In this document: piece after piece, positions 1 to 9,111 of the stretch | Numbering within the stretch: the first letter of the stretch is position 1 | Layout of the letters: each line of letters begins with the position of its first letter | Translations under genes and position numbers: made by a program | NCBI GenBank assembly: GCA_046300675.1 | Contig: JBKCLO010000193.1 | Span: 3,359 to 67,358 of the forward strand | DNA from: Ignavibacteria bacterium | Lineage (GTDB): Bacteria > Bacteroidota > Ignavibacteria > Kapaibacteriales > Kapaibacteriaceae | Reading direction: 5' to 3' | DNA: 64,000 nucleotides | Notes under the pieces: model-generated | The model's input: the letters and a program-made list of their open reading frames with translations, nothing else | What the model was told of the DNA's origin: nothing | Databases searched by the model: none

Positions 1-2
1 GG

Positions 3-212
3 GATCAAGCGGTCATCAGTTTTGGTCAGGCGATAACTTCTTGCTCCGTGCAGCTTGTTGATATCACAGGCGCCATTGTGCTCGATCAGCAGTGGTCTGG
101 AGAGCAGACGTCGGCATTGCAGGTGGACCTCTCGCACGTCCCAGCAGGCACATATACCTGCATTGTGCTCACACATGAAGCCACGGCGGTGCCGCTTCTG
201 GTTGTTCATTAG
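3..212 (+). CDS. 3' end of a CDS truncated by the window edge; encodes a T9SS (Por) C-terminal sorting domain
   Basis: Frame 3 is open from nt 3 to TAG at 210-212. It reads ...VQLVDITGAIVLDQQWSGEQTSALQVDLSHVPAGTYTCIVLTHEATAVPLLVVH, the same beta-sandwich tail pattern as five other C-termini in this window. It is absent from the ORF track because it has no start in the window. Confidence 0.5.
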   Translation, partial: DQAVISFGQAITSCSVQLVDITGAIVLDQQWSGEQTSALQVDLSHVPAGTYTCIVLTHEATAVPLLVVH

Positions 213-256
213 ACTCGATGTTGGATGGATTCGTCTATTTCCCAGCGCTGATTGCG

Positions 257-264
257 TAGTTTTG
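257..264 (+). promoter_or_regulatory. putative FCB-type -7 promoter element TAGTTTTG (TAnnTTTG) upstream of the S41 peptidase gene
   Basis: Exact TAnnTTTG match 23 nt upstream of ATG 287, inside a 74-nt intergenic gap. Confidence 0.3.
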
Positions 265-286
265 GCCCGTTAATCAAACAGAAAAC

Positions 287-1900
287 ATGAATACAAAGCC
301 GTATCGATTCTATCTTCTCGCCTCTATCCTGATTGCCGTAGGAGTCGGGATTGGTTTTTTTGCTCAACCCGTTATCTCGGGTGACTCTGTTATGGACCAG
401 ACACGGAAGTTTTCCGATGTGCTATCTATGGCAGTTAAGAACTACGTCGAAGACGTCGACACACAGAAGCTTACGGAAGCGGCTATAAAGGGTATGCTTG
501 ATGAGCTGGACCCACACTCCGTCTACATCCCTGCAAAGGAGATGCAGAAGGTAGAAGAAGAGTTTCGTGGTTCCTTTGATGGCATCGGGGTTGAATTCGA
601 TATTGTTAACGACACCATCACAGTCGTGTCGCCGATCATCGGTGGTCCGAGCGAAACGCTTGGCATCCTGGCTGGCGACAAGATCGTGAAGATCAACGAT
701 ACAACTTCGATCAAGCTTACTCGCGAGACCGTGCCTAAAAAGTTGCGCGGACCAAAGGGTACTGTTGTCAAGTTGCATATCAAGCGTTCCGGCGAGAAGG
801 ATCTGTTGGTGTTCGATGTTACGCGCGATAAGATCCCAATGAATTCTGTCGATGCCTCGTTTATGATCGATGGAACCGATGTAGGATACATCACTGCAAA
901 CCGTTTCAGCGCAACTACACACGATGAGTTGATGCGCGCAGTGGAGAATCTTCGTTCGCAGGGCATGAAGAAGCTTCTGCTAGACCTTCGATATAACCCT
1001 GGAGGGTATCTCGACCAGGCCTTCCGCATTGCAGACGAGATCATCCCATCCGGCAAAAAGCTTGTTTATACAAAAGGACGCCGTCCAGAGTTTGACGAGG
1101 ACTTCTGGTCAACAGAAGGCGGCGCGCTCGAGAACATTCCTTTGATCGTGCTTATCAACGGTGGTTCGGCATCGGCAAGTGAGATCGTTTCGGGTGCCGT
1201 TCAAGATCTCGACCGCGGACTCGTGGTTGGTGAAACCTCTTTTGGTAAGGGGCTTGTGCAGCGCCAATACCCACTCGGGGATGGCTCGGCCTTCCGATTG
1301 ACAATCTCACGCTACTATACACCAAGCGGACGTTTGATTCAGCGTCCGTACGACGATAAGGCGAAGTATTACGGTGGTGAAGGTCGCGAAGAAGGTGAAG
1401 AAGGCGACAACATCAACCACGATGCCGATGATTCAACCAACAAACGTCCAAAGTACAAGACAGCTGGTGGACGCACTGTGTATGGTGGTGGCGGTGTAAC
1501 GCCCGACTATATCGTCAAGCAGGACACGATCGGTTTCCTTGCACGTAATCTTCGTGCCAAGAATCTTTTCTGGGAAACTGCAGACAATGTGATGCGCCAG
1601 CGCGGCAAAGAGATTCGTGCCCAGTATGGTTCTGACATCAAGAAGTTCCTACGAGAGTTCTCGATAGCCCCCTCCGATGTCGAAACCATGAAGACGCTTG
1701 CCAAGGCAAAGAATGTTGAGTGGAAAGACAACGAATTCACCCAGGATGCAGACTACATCAAGCTTATCGTGAAGGCATATGTAGGTCGCTCGGTGTTTAA
1801 CAACAACGGTTACACTGCGGTAATGCTCGGCAAAGACAAGCAGGTTACCAAGGCGTTGTCGTTGTTCCCAGAAGCTGCGCGTATTTCAAAGCTTCGTTGA
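287..1900 (+). CDS. carboxy-terminal processing peptidase, S41 family (Ctp/Prc-like)
   Basis: PDZ segment GGPSETLGILAGDKIVKINDT. S41 catalytic Ser context NGGSASASEIVSGAVQD and Lys context TSFGKGLVQ. N-terminal membrane anchor. Confidence 0.9.
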   Translation: MNTKPYRFYLLASILIAVGVGIGFFAQPVISGDSVMDQTRKFSDVLSMAVKNYVEDVDTQKLTEAAIKGMLDELDPHSVYIPAKEMQKVEEEFRGSFDGIGVEFDIVNDTITVVSPIIGGPSETLGILAGDKIVKINDTTSIKLTRETVPKKLRGPKGTVVKLHIKRSGEKDLLVFDVTRDKIPMNSVDASFMIDGTDVGYITANRFSATTHDELMRAVENLRSQGMKKLLLDLRYNPGGYLDQAFRIADEIIPSGKKLVYTKGRRPEFDEDFWSTEGGALENIPLIVLINGGSASASEIVSGAVQDLDRGLVVGETSFGKGLVQRQYPLGDGSAFRLTISRYYTPSGRLIQRPYDDKAKYYGGEGREEGEEGDNINHDADDSTNKRPKYKTAGGRTVYGGGGVTPDYIVKQDTIGFLARNLRAKNLFWETADNVMRQRGKEIRAQYGSDIKKFLREFSIAPSDVETMKTLAKAKNVEWKDNEFTQDADYIKLIVKAYVGRSVFNNNGYTAVMLGKDKQVTKALSLFPEAARISKLR

Positions 1901-1953
1901 TAGAGAGTACACACACCACAACTCATCGTTGTTACATTAACCTACGATCATTA

Positions 1954-2736
1954 ATGATGCCTATTCGTAGCCTCGCGATTCTTTTCCTGAGCATTGCCAT
2001 GCTGGTTGAAACGCAAGCTCAGAGCTTTATCTATCCTGGGGAAGACCTAACCTATCGTGTTTCGTATGCAGGCATTACACTTGGCACGGTTCGGGCGCTA
2101 ACAGAGCCGTACACAACATTTAATGGACGCAATGTTGCCAAGGTAAAGGTCTTTATCAATTCGAATCCAAACATTCCATTTGTGTCGCTGCACTCCGTCT
2201 ACCAGTCGTGGATGGACACATCAGCAACATTCAGTGTTAATTTCAACGCGACAACTCAAATCGAAGATAATCTGTGGGAGTTCGACCAGTATTTGTTGGA
2301 CTACACCAACATGAATCTCACGATGGAAACGTATCGTGAGAAGAAACTGACGAAGAAGCGTGAGATTGGAATCAAGAAGTACTGCAATGACGGCAGCTCG
2401 ATTCTCTATGCCGCTCGAGCACTTATCAATTCTAAAAAGACGATTAAGCTTCCAACTGTGATCATGGGCGACACCGCAACAACCGTTGTCAACTTTCGTG
2501 GTACAAAGCAGGCAACGGACATCGATGCTGTTAAGTATCCTGTTAGCACGGTGTACTTTGATGGCACTGCCAACTGGACAGGTGTCTATGGCCTAACTGG
2601 TGGCTTCGAGGGATGGTTCAGTGACGACGCAGCACGTGTTCCGATCAAAGCAAAGATGAAGGTCTATATTGGCTCTGTTACACTCGAGCTTCAATCGTGG
2701 AAGCGTGGAAACTGGCAGCCCCCTAAGGCAGGATAA
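1954..2736 (+). CDS. secreted hypothetical protein, DUF3108-like
   Basis: Signal peptide MMPIRSLAILFLSIAMLVETQAQ from ATG 1954. The track ORF starts at an upstream TTG at 1897 that overlaps the ctp stop. The motif GEDLTYRVSYAGITLGTV resembles DUF3108. No catalytic motif recognised. Confidence 0.55.
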   Translation: MMPIRSLAILFLSIAMLVETQAQSFIYPGEDLTYRVSYAGITLGTVRALTEPYTTFNGRNVAKVKVFINSNPNIPFVSLHSVYQSWMDTSATFSVNFNATTQIEDNLWEFDQYLLDYTNMNLTMETYREKKLTKKREIGIKKYCNDGSSILYAARALINSKKTIKLPTVIMGDTATTVVNFRGTKQATDIDAVKYPVSTVYFDGTANWTGVYGLTGGFEGWFSDDAARVPIKAKMKVYIGSVTLELQSWKRGNWQPPKAG

Positions 2737-3627
2737 ATGCGAGTTCTGATCATCGACGGTGGCGGTACATCCACAGACGTTGGATTGTCCATCAATGGTC
2801 AGATAGCTGCACGCACATTACTACCGAGCGCACGTCCAAACCGAGCCGATCAACAGACAGATGAACTCTGTCGAATGATCGGCTCTTTTCTTGCGACAAC
2901 AGTCATCATCGATGGTGATCGAACAGAGAGTCTTGATGCCGTTATCATCGGCATGGCCGGTGTCTGGACTCCCGGCGAGAGGCATGCATACACAGCTTCG
3001 TTTAAAGAGTCGTGGTCTGTCTATGTTGGCCTAATGGCCGCGCAGCTTGTCGTGATGAGCGATGTGGAGCTTGTTCACTTCGCGGCATTTGGCCCGGAAG
3101 AAGGAATTGCCCTAATAGCAGGCACAGGCTCGATAGCTCTCTTGAGAGACGGGCACGACACATTTGTTCGTTCAGGGGGCTGGGGGGCAACAATCGATGA
3201 TGCTGGATCCGGAACATGGCTCGGCCGCCAGGCCTGCCTGGCTGTTGCGCGCATGCTCGATGGACGTGCACAGGACACTCTGTTGATACGTCCAGTGGCC
3301 AACTTTCTACGCGTTGATGCAGACTTTCCTGATGAAGTGCGCAATGCTCTTCGTGCTGCTCCACTGCAGGGTGTGGCGCGCATAGGTGCATCTGTGCTTA
3401 CGTATGCAGAAGAAGGCGACATCGCAGCGCAGAGCATTCGACAACAGGGGGCCCAAGAGTTAGCGTTGCTCTGTTCGTCGTTGATGCATCGTCAAAGCCA
3501 TTCTGTTGCAGGCTACGGTTCATTGCTTTCCAATGCCGAATATCGGGTGCTTGTAGAGCGCACTATGAACCACCAGATCACCCTTATCGATGATGTGATC
3601 GCCGCTATTCCACAGCGGCTTCGGTGA
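2737..3627 (+). CDS. BadF/BadG/BcrA/BcrD-type ATPase (N-acetylglucosamine kinase-like sugar kinase)
   Basis: ASKHA motifs MRVLIIDGGGTSTDVG, IAGTGSIA and GGWGATIDDAGSGTWLG. The ATG directly abuts the upstream TAA. Confidence 0.7.
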   Translation: MRVLIIDGGGTSTDVGLSINGQIAARTLLPSARPNRADQQTDELCRMIGSFLATTVIIDGDRTESLDAVIIGMAGVWTPGERHAYTASFKESWSVYVGLMAAQLVVMSDVELVHFAAFGPEEGIALIAGTGSIALLRDGHDTFVRSGGWGATIDDAGSGTWLGRQACLAVARMLDGRAQDTLLIRPVANFLRVDADFPDEVRNALRAAPLQGVARIGASVLTYAEEGDIAAQSIRQQGAQELALLCSSLMHRQSHSVAGYGSLLSNAEYRVLVERTMNHQITLIDDVIAAIPQRLR

Positions 3628-4543
3628 TCGACAGAAGACCCTTGTCCGCAGAAAGTCGGGCGCGCACACCAAAAGGCAATGTGAACTTGGTTTGCTCATG
3701 ACCGTACATCAGATTTGATACTACGGGTCCGCGTGTAAGATCAAGACGCTCCTGCAGAACTTCGCCAATCTCTCTGTGCGGGGTTGTTCCGTGCTGACGT
3801 GAATCCTGCGACCAAAACCCATACGCTATGCCAGAAGGGCGAGCGCGCTTCGTGGCTAGTGCAAGGTGTGTAAGCATACGATCGATGCGATACGTTGCCT
3901 CGCCGATGTCCTCGAGGGCTAGAATTGATCCTCGCAGCGACGGCATGTATTCTGTTCCAATGATACTGGTGAGCACACTGAGATTGCCGCCCAGTAAAAT
4001 GCCCTCGGTATCGCCTCGTTGCAGTCGTGCAAGCGGCCAAGGCTGCTTGAGTTTGCCGACGGGTTTCTTGGAGGAGAGCACGCGCCAGAACTGTTCCTCC
4101 GACACTGCGTTAAATCCGTCTGCCATGTCTACGCTCGGCATTGCACCGCTGAAGGTGACCAGCCTGGTCTTCTTCCAGAGTGCTAGCTGCAGTGACGTAA
4201 CATCGCTGAATCCGACGAAGATCTTGGGGTTCTTGCGAATCAACGAATAATCGATGAGCGGCAACATACGCGCGCATCCGTAGCCCCCTCGAGCGCAGAA
4301 GATGGCATCTACAGTATCATCGCCAAACATCGTGTTGATGTCGTTGGCCCGGTCTTTGTCCGCCCCGGCCAAGTACCCACCGTACGATGCAAGAACATGC
4401 TTGCCAAGTTTGACGCTGTAACCTAGAGATTCGAGGTAGGCAATTCCACGATGCAGGCGTGTTTCGTCGCGCTGCGGAGACGACGGAGAAACAATGCCGA
4501 TGGTGGCCTTCTTGCGTAGAGCACGTGGACGTATGACCCTCAT
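3605..4543 (-). CDS. ldcA: LD-carboxypeptidase (muramoyltetrapeptide carboxypeptidase), S66 family
   Basis: Motifs IGIVSPSSP, ARGGYGCARMLPLIDY, GFSDVTSLQLAL (nucleophile Ser) and YGHEQTKFTLPFG (His). Start set to ATG 4543 (MRVIRPRALRKK...), because the 33 extra codons of the track ORF would overlap the divergent gene at 4579. Confidence 0.85.
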   Translation of the reverse strand: MRVIRPRALRKKATIGIVSPSSPQRDETRLHRGIAYLESLGYSVKLGKHVLASYGGYLAGADKDRANDINTMFGDDTVDAIFCARGGYGCARMLPLIDYSLIRKNPKIFVGFSDVTSLQLALWKKTRLVTFSGAMPSVDMADGFNAVSEEQFWRVLSSKKPVGKLKQPWPLARLQRGDTEGILLGGNLSVLTSIIGTEYMPSLRGSILALEDIGEATYRIDRMLTHLALATKRARPSGIAYGFWSQDSRQHGTTPHREIGEVLQERLDLTRGPVVSNLMYGHEQTKFTLPFGVRARLSADKGLLSITEAAVE

Positions 4544-4578
4544 GGAACTCAAGATGGGTAATTTGCACTCTTGATACA

Positions 4579-7119
4579 ATGAGAATTCTTGCATCCATCT
4601 TGGCTCTGACATTACTTGTGTGTTCACCGCATGTGTGGGCACAGCGTCCTGTAGCTTGTGAGCAAGTCTCCGGAATCGTGAACAGCTACGAGGCCGTTGC
4701 CGCTATCAATCCATGTCTTAGGGCAGTAACAACAACAAACCCGTCTGGTCTTGCTGCCGGCAACAGAGTTGTCATGATACAAATGAAGGGGGCCGGCATT
4801 GTTGAATCTGTCGACTCTACATTTGGCGAACTCCGTTCGTTGAACGGTGCCGGTGCCGCAGAATATCTCGAAGTTGAGCGTGTCAGCGGCGACACTGTGG
4901 TGTTTACAACTCCCTGGGTGCACGAGTATAATCTTGCGGGCCGAGTGCAGCTTGTGCGCATAGCTACCTATCAGGATGCACAGATCGTAGGCACGGTGTA
5001 TGCCAAACCTTGGAATGGTTCAACGGGAGGTGTGATAGCGATAGAAGCGTATAGAGTGCTCACGCTTGATGCAAATATCGATGCCACTGGCGCTGGGTTC
5101 CGCGGTGGACGCGTCTCGCTGCAGAAAGACACATGTGGCGCGTCGATATGGAGCGCGCCATACCAAAGTGGGGCAGGGGGCGAAAAGGGTGAGGGTGTCT
5201 GGACAGCTCTTGCTGACCTTGCATCTGGACGCGCGAATCCGGCAAATGGGGCCGGAGGCGGCAATGGCGCTAACGCTGGCGGCGGTGGTGGAGGCAATGG
5301 TGGACGTGGAGGTCAGGGAGGTGATGCGAACTCGTGGTGCAACCCTTATCAGAACGCTGGCGGACGCGGCGGTGCCTCGCTGGTTTCAGAAGTTGTCCGT
5401 CAACACTTCTTCATGGGCGGCGGCGGTGGTGGAGCTCATCAAAACAATCAGCAAGGAACCAACGGAAGTTCCGGGGGCGGCATTGTGTTTGTTCGTGCGC
5501 AAACCATACTTGTAAACAAGGGTACTATTGTTAGTAGGGGGCTCTCCGTTGCCGACACGTCGGCATGGAAGAATGGTTTGGCACAACAACCTGGCGATGG
5601 CGCAGGCGGTGCTGGCGCAGGCGGTACCATCATTATTGACGCAGATGTGATAACGGGTCAGCTGGTGGCCGATGTCCAAGGCGGCACAGGCGGAAATCAA
5701 GGCGCACGCTATCAGTCGAATGGTCCTGGTGGAGGCGGCGCCGGCGGCGTTGTTGTGCTTACAAAGAATCACGCGGGTGTAAAGCCCCTTCTCGCTGGCG
5801 GCAGGCCTGGCGTGCATGTTAGTCCAGAGACCGGTAGCGCTGTCTATAACAGTCCGTGGGGCGCTACGGCGGGTGATTCCGGAAGCGTAATAGCACCGTT
5901 CCAATGGAAGAGTTATTCGCGCATTGCGCTGCAGGTACAGGGGCGCACAACATTCTGTTACGGCGATTCTGTTCTGCTTGCGGCAACACCGGGATTCCTG
6001 CGTTATCAGTGGAGTACGGGGGAAACCACGCCATCGATCATTGTTCGATCAGCTGGTTCCTATACAGTAGCCGTTACCGACAGTAGCGGATGCAGTGACC
6101 AGCGTGCGTCGATAACGGTAGATCAACTGCCGCGATGGCCGGTATTCTCGAGTAGTGCGATAGACTTTGGTGTGATTGAAATTGGAAGCACATCACGCGC
6201 TGCAACGTGGATGAAACACTCGGGGGAAGGTTCGGTAACAGTTACCGGCATCAGGCCGCCGAATGGTGTGAGGCTTATCAGACCTACCGTCTTTCCATTT
6301 GATATCGCACGAGACAGCGTTGAAATCGAGCTTGAGATCGTCGGTGCGGTGGATGCAATGATCGATGATTCTCTTGAGGTAGATGTTGAGCAACCGTGTC
6401 CTGGTGTTCGATATGTTCCCGTCAAGGCAATGATCAACGCGGAGCGTGCATTTGTGATAGGCGGTAAGGTTGCTGCAAAGGCTGGCATGATGGACGTTGC
6501 CGTGCCTATCAGTTTTCAGCATGATTCTCCGACACCAGAGATAATGGGTGCACGGGCACTGATTCATGTGCGCATGGATGCTCGCCTTTACATACCAACC
6601 GGCGTAACCAACGGTAGCATTGTCTCATCAGTTCGTGACACAGTTCTCAAGACGCATGATCTAACGATTGATGTCGATGGCATCAACATAACTCGTATCC
6701 CGTCGGTCTGCACGCAGATCCTTGGCATGACGCTGCTTGCCCCCTACGATAGCAGCAAGGTGATCATCGACAGTGTCGAATGGTTGCAGATTTCACGTAT
6801 GCCACGCATCACTAAGCTAGATGGTGAACTTGTGGTCCAAGCCATCTGCTCACCAGGTGAGCGTCCGATTGTGCTGCTCGATGGCCCGATCATTCGCATT
6901 AGGCCGATTCCGGCATCAACGGAGGTAATAGTGGATGTGAATGAAAGCATTGCAGGTTTTCGTTCAGCTACTATTGTCGACACGCAGGGACGCAGCGTGC
7001 TTGATGCTGCAACGTCCAAGACCATCAGCCTGGCTGGTCTTGCAGATGGTGTGTATACCATCATTGTAACAACAACCGCAGGACAATGGGTTAGCCCCTT
7101 GGTAATAGCAAACAACTAA
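4579..7119 (+). CDS. secreted glycine-rich beta-helix-like protein with Ig-like domains and a T9SS C-terminal sorting domain
   Basis: Signal peptide MRILASILALTLLVCSPHVWAQ. Gly-run region at aa ~140-440 (GGGNGANAGGGGGGNGGRGGQGG, MGGGGGGAHQ, GDGAGGAGAGGTIIID, NGPGGGGAGGVVVL). Ig-like segment GDSVLLAATPGFLRYQWSTGETTPSIIVRSAGSYTVAVTDSSGCS. C-terminus ...LADGVYTIIVTTTAGQWVSPLVIANN. Confidence 0.75.
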   Translation: MRILASILALTLLVCSPHVWAQRPVACEQVSGIVNSYEAVAAINPCLRAVTTTNPSGLAAGNRVVMIQMKGAGIVESVDSTFGELRSLNGAGAAEYLEVERVSGDTVVFTTPWVHEYNLAGRVQLVRIATYQDAQIVGTVYAKPWNGSTGGVIAIEAYRVLTLDANIDATGAGFRGGRVSLQKDTCGASIWSAPYQSGAGGEKGEGVWTALADLASGRANPANGAGGGNGANAGGGGGGNGGRGGQGGDANSWCNPYQNAGGRGGASLVSEVVRQHFFMGGGGGGAHQNNQQGTNGSSGGGIVFVRAQTILVNKGTIVSRGLSVADTSAWKNGLAQQPGDGAGGAGAGGTIIIDADVITGQLVADVQGGTGGNQGARYQSNGPGGGGAGGVVVLTKNHAGVKPLLAGGRPGVHVSPETGSAVYNSPWGATAGDSGSVIAPFQWKSYSRIALQVQGRTTFCYGDSVLLAATPGFLRYQWSTGETTPSIIVRSAGSYTVAVTDSSGCSDQRASITVDQLPRWPVFSSSAIDFGVIEIGSTSRAATWMKHSGEGSVTVTGIRPPNGVRLIRPTVFPFDIARDSVEIELEIVGAVDAMIDDSLEVDVEQPCPGVRYVPVKAMINAERAFVIGGKVAAKAGMMDVAVPISFQHDSPTPEIMGARALIHVRMDARLYIPTGVTNGSIVSSVRDTVLKTHDLTIDVDGINITRIPSVCTQILGMTLLAPYDSSKVIIDSVEWLQISRMPRITKLDGELVVQAICSPGERPIVLLDGPIIRIRPIPASTEVIVDVNESIAGFRSATIVDTQGRSVLDAATSKTISLAGLADGVYTIIVTTTAGQWVSPLVIANN

Positions 7120-7141
7120 TACCTCGCACCTTGCAGCTTCT

Positions 7142-8518
7142 CTACGACGGTGATCCCGAGGCAATATTCATGTCAGGACGTGATTCGATGATGGCGCGTA
7201 TTGCCTGACGTGCCTCGTCCGATGTCCAGTCGGTGATGACTGATGGAATGGACATGATCTGCTCCATGAGCACATCCTGCTCACGTCCGATGCGCAATGC
7301 CTCGTTGTAGGGAATGAGGGCCGAGAACGTTACCATCGTGTAGAGCGGAATGAGTTTCTGAGGATAGTGCTCGTGAATCCATGCCTCGATTTTCTTACGC
7401 CACAAGAAGCGGGTATCGGCAACCTTATCTCGCATCTCAACAAAATTCTCAAGAGCCAGTTCTGCTATTGCATCGCCTGCGGGCTTCCGAAGTTTGGCAT
7501 ACGATTCTAACGTTTCGGTCCAGTTGCCATTGTGATGATCGAGACACTCAATCAAGATGCTGCAGTCTTCGAATCCGCAATTCATGCCTTGACCATAGAA
7601 CGGTACGATGGCATGGGCGGCATCACCAATCAGCGCAACCTTGTTGTTAACTACCCAAGGACTACATCGAACTGTGACAAGTGAAGATTCTGGATTGGTG
7701 AAGAAATCATCGAGCAGTGTGGGCATCAATGGAACTGCGTTCGGAAACTCCTGATCGAAGAATGCGACAACATCTTCTCTGGTTTTGAGCTCTTGGAACG
7801 ACGGAGTGCCGTTATGCGCAAAGAACAGCGTTAGTGTAAACGATCCATCGGGGTTTGGAAGACCGATCATCATAAAGCTGCGGCGCGGCCAAATGTGCAA
7901 GACATTCTTCTCAAGCTGAAAGGCCCCGCGTTCATCGGCTGGGATGTGGAGTTCCTTGTAACCATGATCGATGTACGATTGCGAGTAGTTGAACCTATCG
8001 CGCTGTTGGAGTTTGCTACGTACCGCGCTGAATGCGCCATCGGCACCAAAGAGAACATCTGCGTCTGCCGTAATCACCTGACCGGTAGGAAGCTCGAAGG
8101 TGGCACTTGCCGACTCTACATTGATATCGGTGCAGCGCGCATCAAAGACGATCTCGACGCCGTGGCGTTCAGCGGCGCTCATGAGTACTCTGTTGAGTTC
8201 TCCTCGCGACACACTGTTGATGAACTGTCCATCTTTGCCATAGGGTTGATACGTTTGTACCCCCTGTTTGTCATGCATCATGCGGCCGTGCATTGGAATT
8301 GCGATAGCTCGGATATCGTCGGCAAGTCCGGCAGTTTCCAGCGCGCGTAGACCACGATCAGACATCGCAAGATTTATTGAGCGTCCAGCATAACCAGCGG
8401 AGGTTCTCATATCTGGCCGACGCTCGAATATGCGAACTGCATAGCCCCGTTTTGCCAAAACGGTGCCAAGTAGTGAGCCAACAAGACCTGCTCCAACGAT
8501 CGTGATGTGTTGCGACAT
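7142..8518 (-). CDS. kmo: kynurenine 3-monooxygenase (FAD-dependent)
   Basis: FAD fold ITIVGAGLVGSLLGTVLAKRGYAVRIFERRPD. GRSINLAMSDRGLRALE. LIGDAAHAIVPFYGQGMNCGFEDC. The length and motif order are typical of KMO. Confidence 0.9.
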   Translation of the reverse strand: MSQHITIVGAGLVGSLLGTVLAKRGYAVRIFERRPDMRTSAGYAGRSINLAMSDRGLRALETAGLADDIRAIAIPMHGRMMHDKQGVQTYQPYGKDGQFINSVSRGELNRVLMSAAERHGVEIVFDARCTDINVESASATFELPTGQVITADADVLFGADGAFSAVRSKLQQRDRFNYSQSYIDHGYKELHIPADERGAFQLEKNVLHIWPRRSFMMIGLPNPDGSFTLTLFFAHNGTPSFQELKTREDVVAFFDQEFPNAVPLMPTLLDDFFTNPESSLVTVRCSPWVVNNKVALIGDAAHAIVPFYGQGMNCGFEDCSILIECLDHHNGNWTETLESYAKLRKPAGDAIAELALENFVEMRDKVADTRFLWRKKIEAWIHEHYPQKLIPLYTMVTFSALIPYNEALRIGREQDVLMEQIMSIPSVITDWTSDEARQAIRAIIESRPDMNIASGSPS

Positions 8519-8553
8519 GGTGATCTATACTTTCAGGATAAATGATCGCGATG

Positions 8554-9111
8554 TTAAAAATTAAACTCGGGGTCGCCAACCAAGATCGACCCCCGATAGG
8601 GCAGGCCGATCAGCACCCACTCGGTCATCGGCAGGGCAGTCCGTTGATGACCAAGATGTGTGTGATGAATCACTAGGTCAAACCACGACCCGTCTTGCCG
8701 AACCTCGAAGAGAAAGGGCTTGCCGATGGGGAGGGGCGTGTAATACGTTGTCGTATCCGGACCGTTGAACATTGTGGTTGAGTCTGCTGACAACACAAGC
8801 ATTACACCTCTATGCTTGTATACTGAGTCATCAAATGGCGTTGTACGGAACTGGATCACGATCGGATCTGTCGTGCTCCGGATGATCTCTGTCGAGAACA
8901 ACAACTCAGTGTAGCGTTGTGCGCGCAACCCAAGCTTGCTTGGCCCATTCAGGCGCACTGCGTTTGCTGCAGTTTTCTCAATGCTGTCTACGTTCACAAG
9001 TTTCACTCCTTGTGTAGGCAAGATCGAGAAATCGTGCATTGTAAACTTTGTCGTGCTGCATGAAACAACAATGCATGCAAAGCCTACAACCACGAGCAAC
9101 ACGTTACTCAT
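8554..9111 (-). CDS. hypothetical lipoprotein (185 aa)
   Basis: Start at ATG 9111 gives MSNVLLVVVGFACIVVSC, a signal peptide plus lipobox VVSC. This ATG overlaps the upstream stop as ATGAGTAA. The longer track ORF (to 9342) lies inside the upstream gene. Confidence 0.6.
   Translation of the reverse strand: MSNVLLVVVGFACIVVSCSTTKFTMHDFSILPTQGVKLVNVDSIEKTAANAVRLNGPSKLGLRAQRYTELLFSTEIIRSTTDPIVIQFRTTPFDDSVYKHRGVMLVLSADSTTMFNGPDTTTYYTPLPIGKPFLFEVRQDGSWFDLVIHHTHLGHQRTALPMTEWVLIGLPYRGSILVGDPEFNF

Noticed and set aside
55-273. 72-aa plus-strand track ORF at the window start.
   Set aside because: It is out of frame with, and overlapped by, the much more convincing frame-3 reading (3-212) that encodes a T9SS C-terminal domain. 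Its own translation is Arg/Cys/Trp-rich nonsense.
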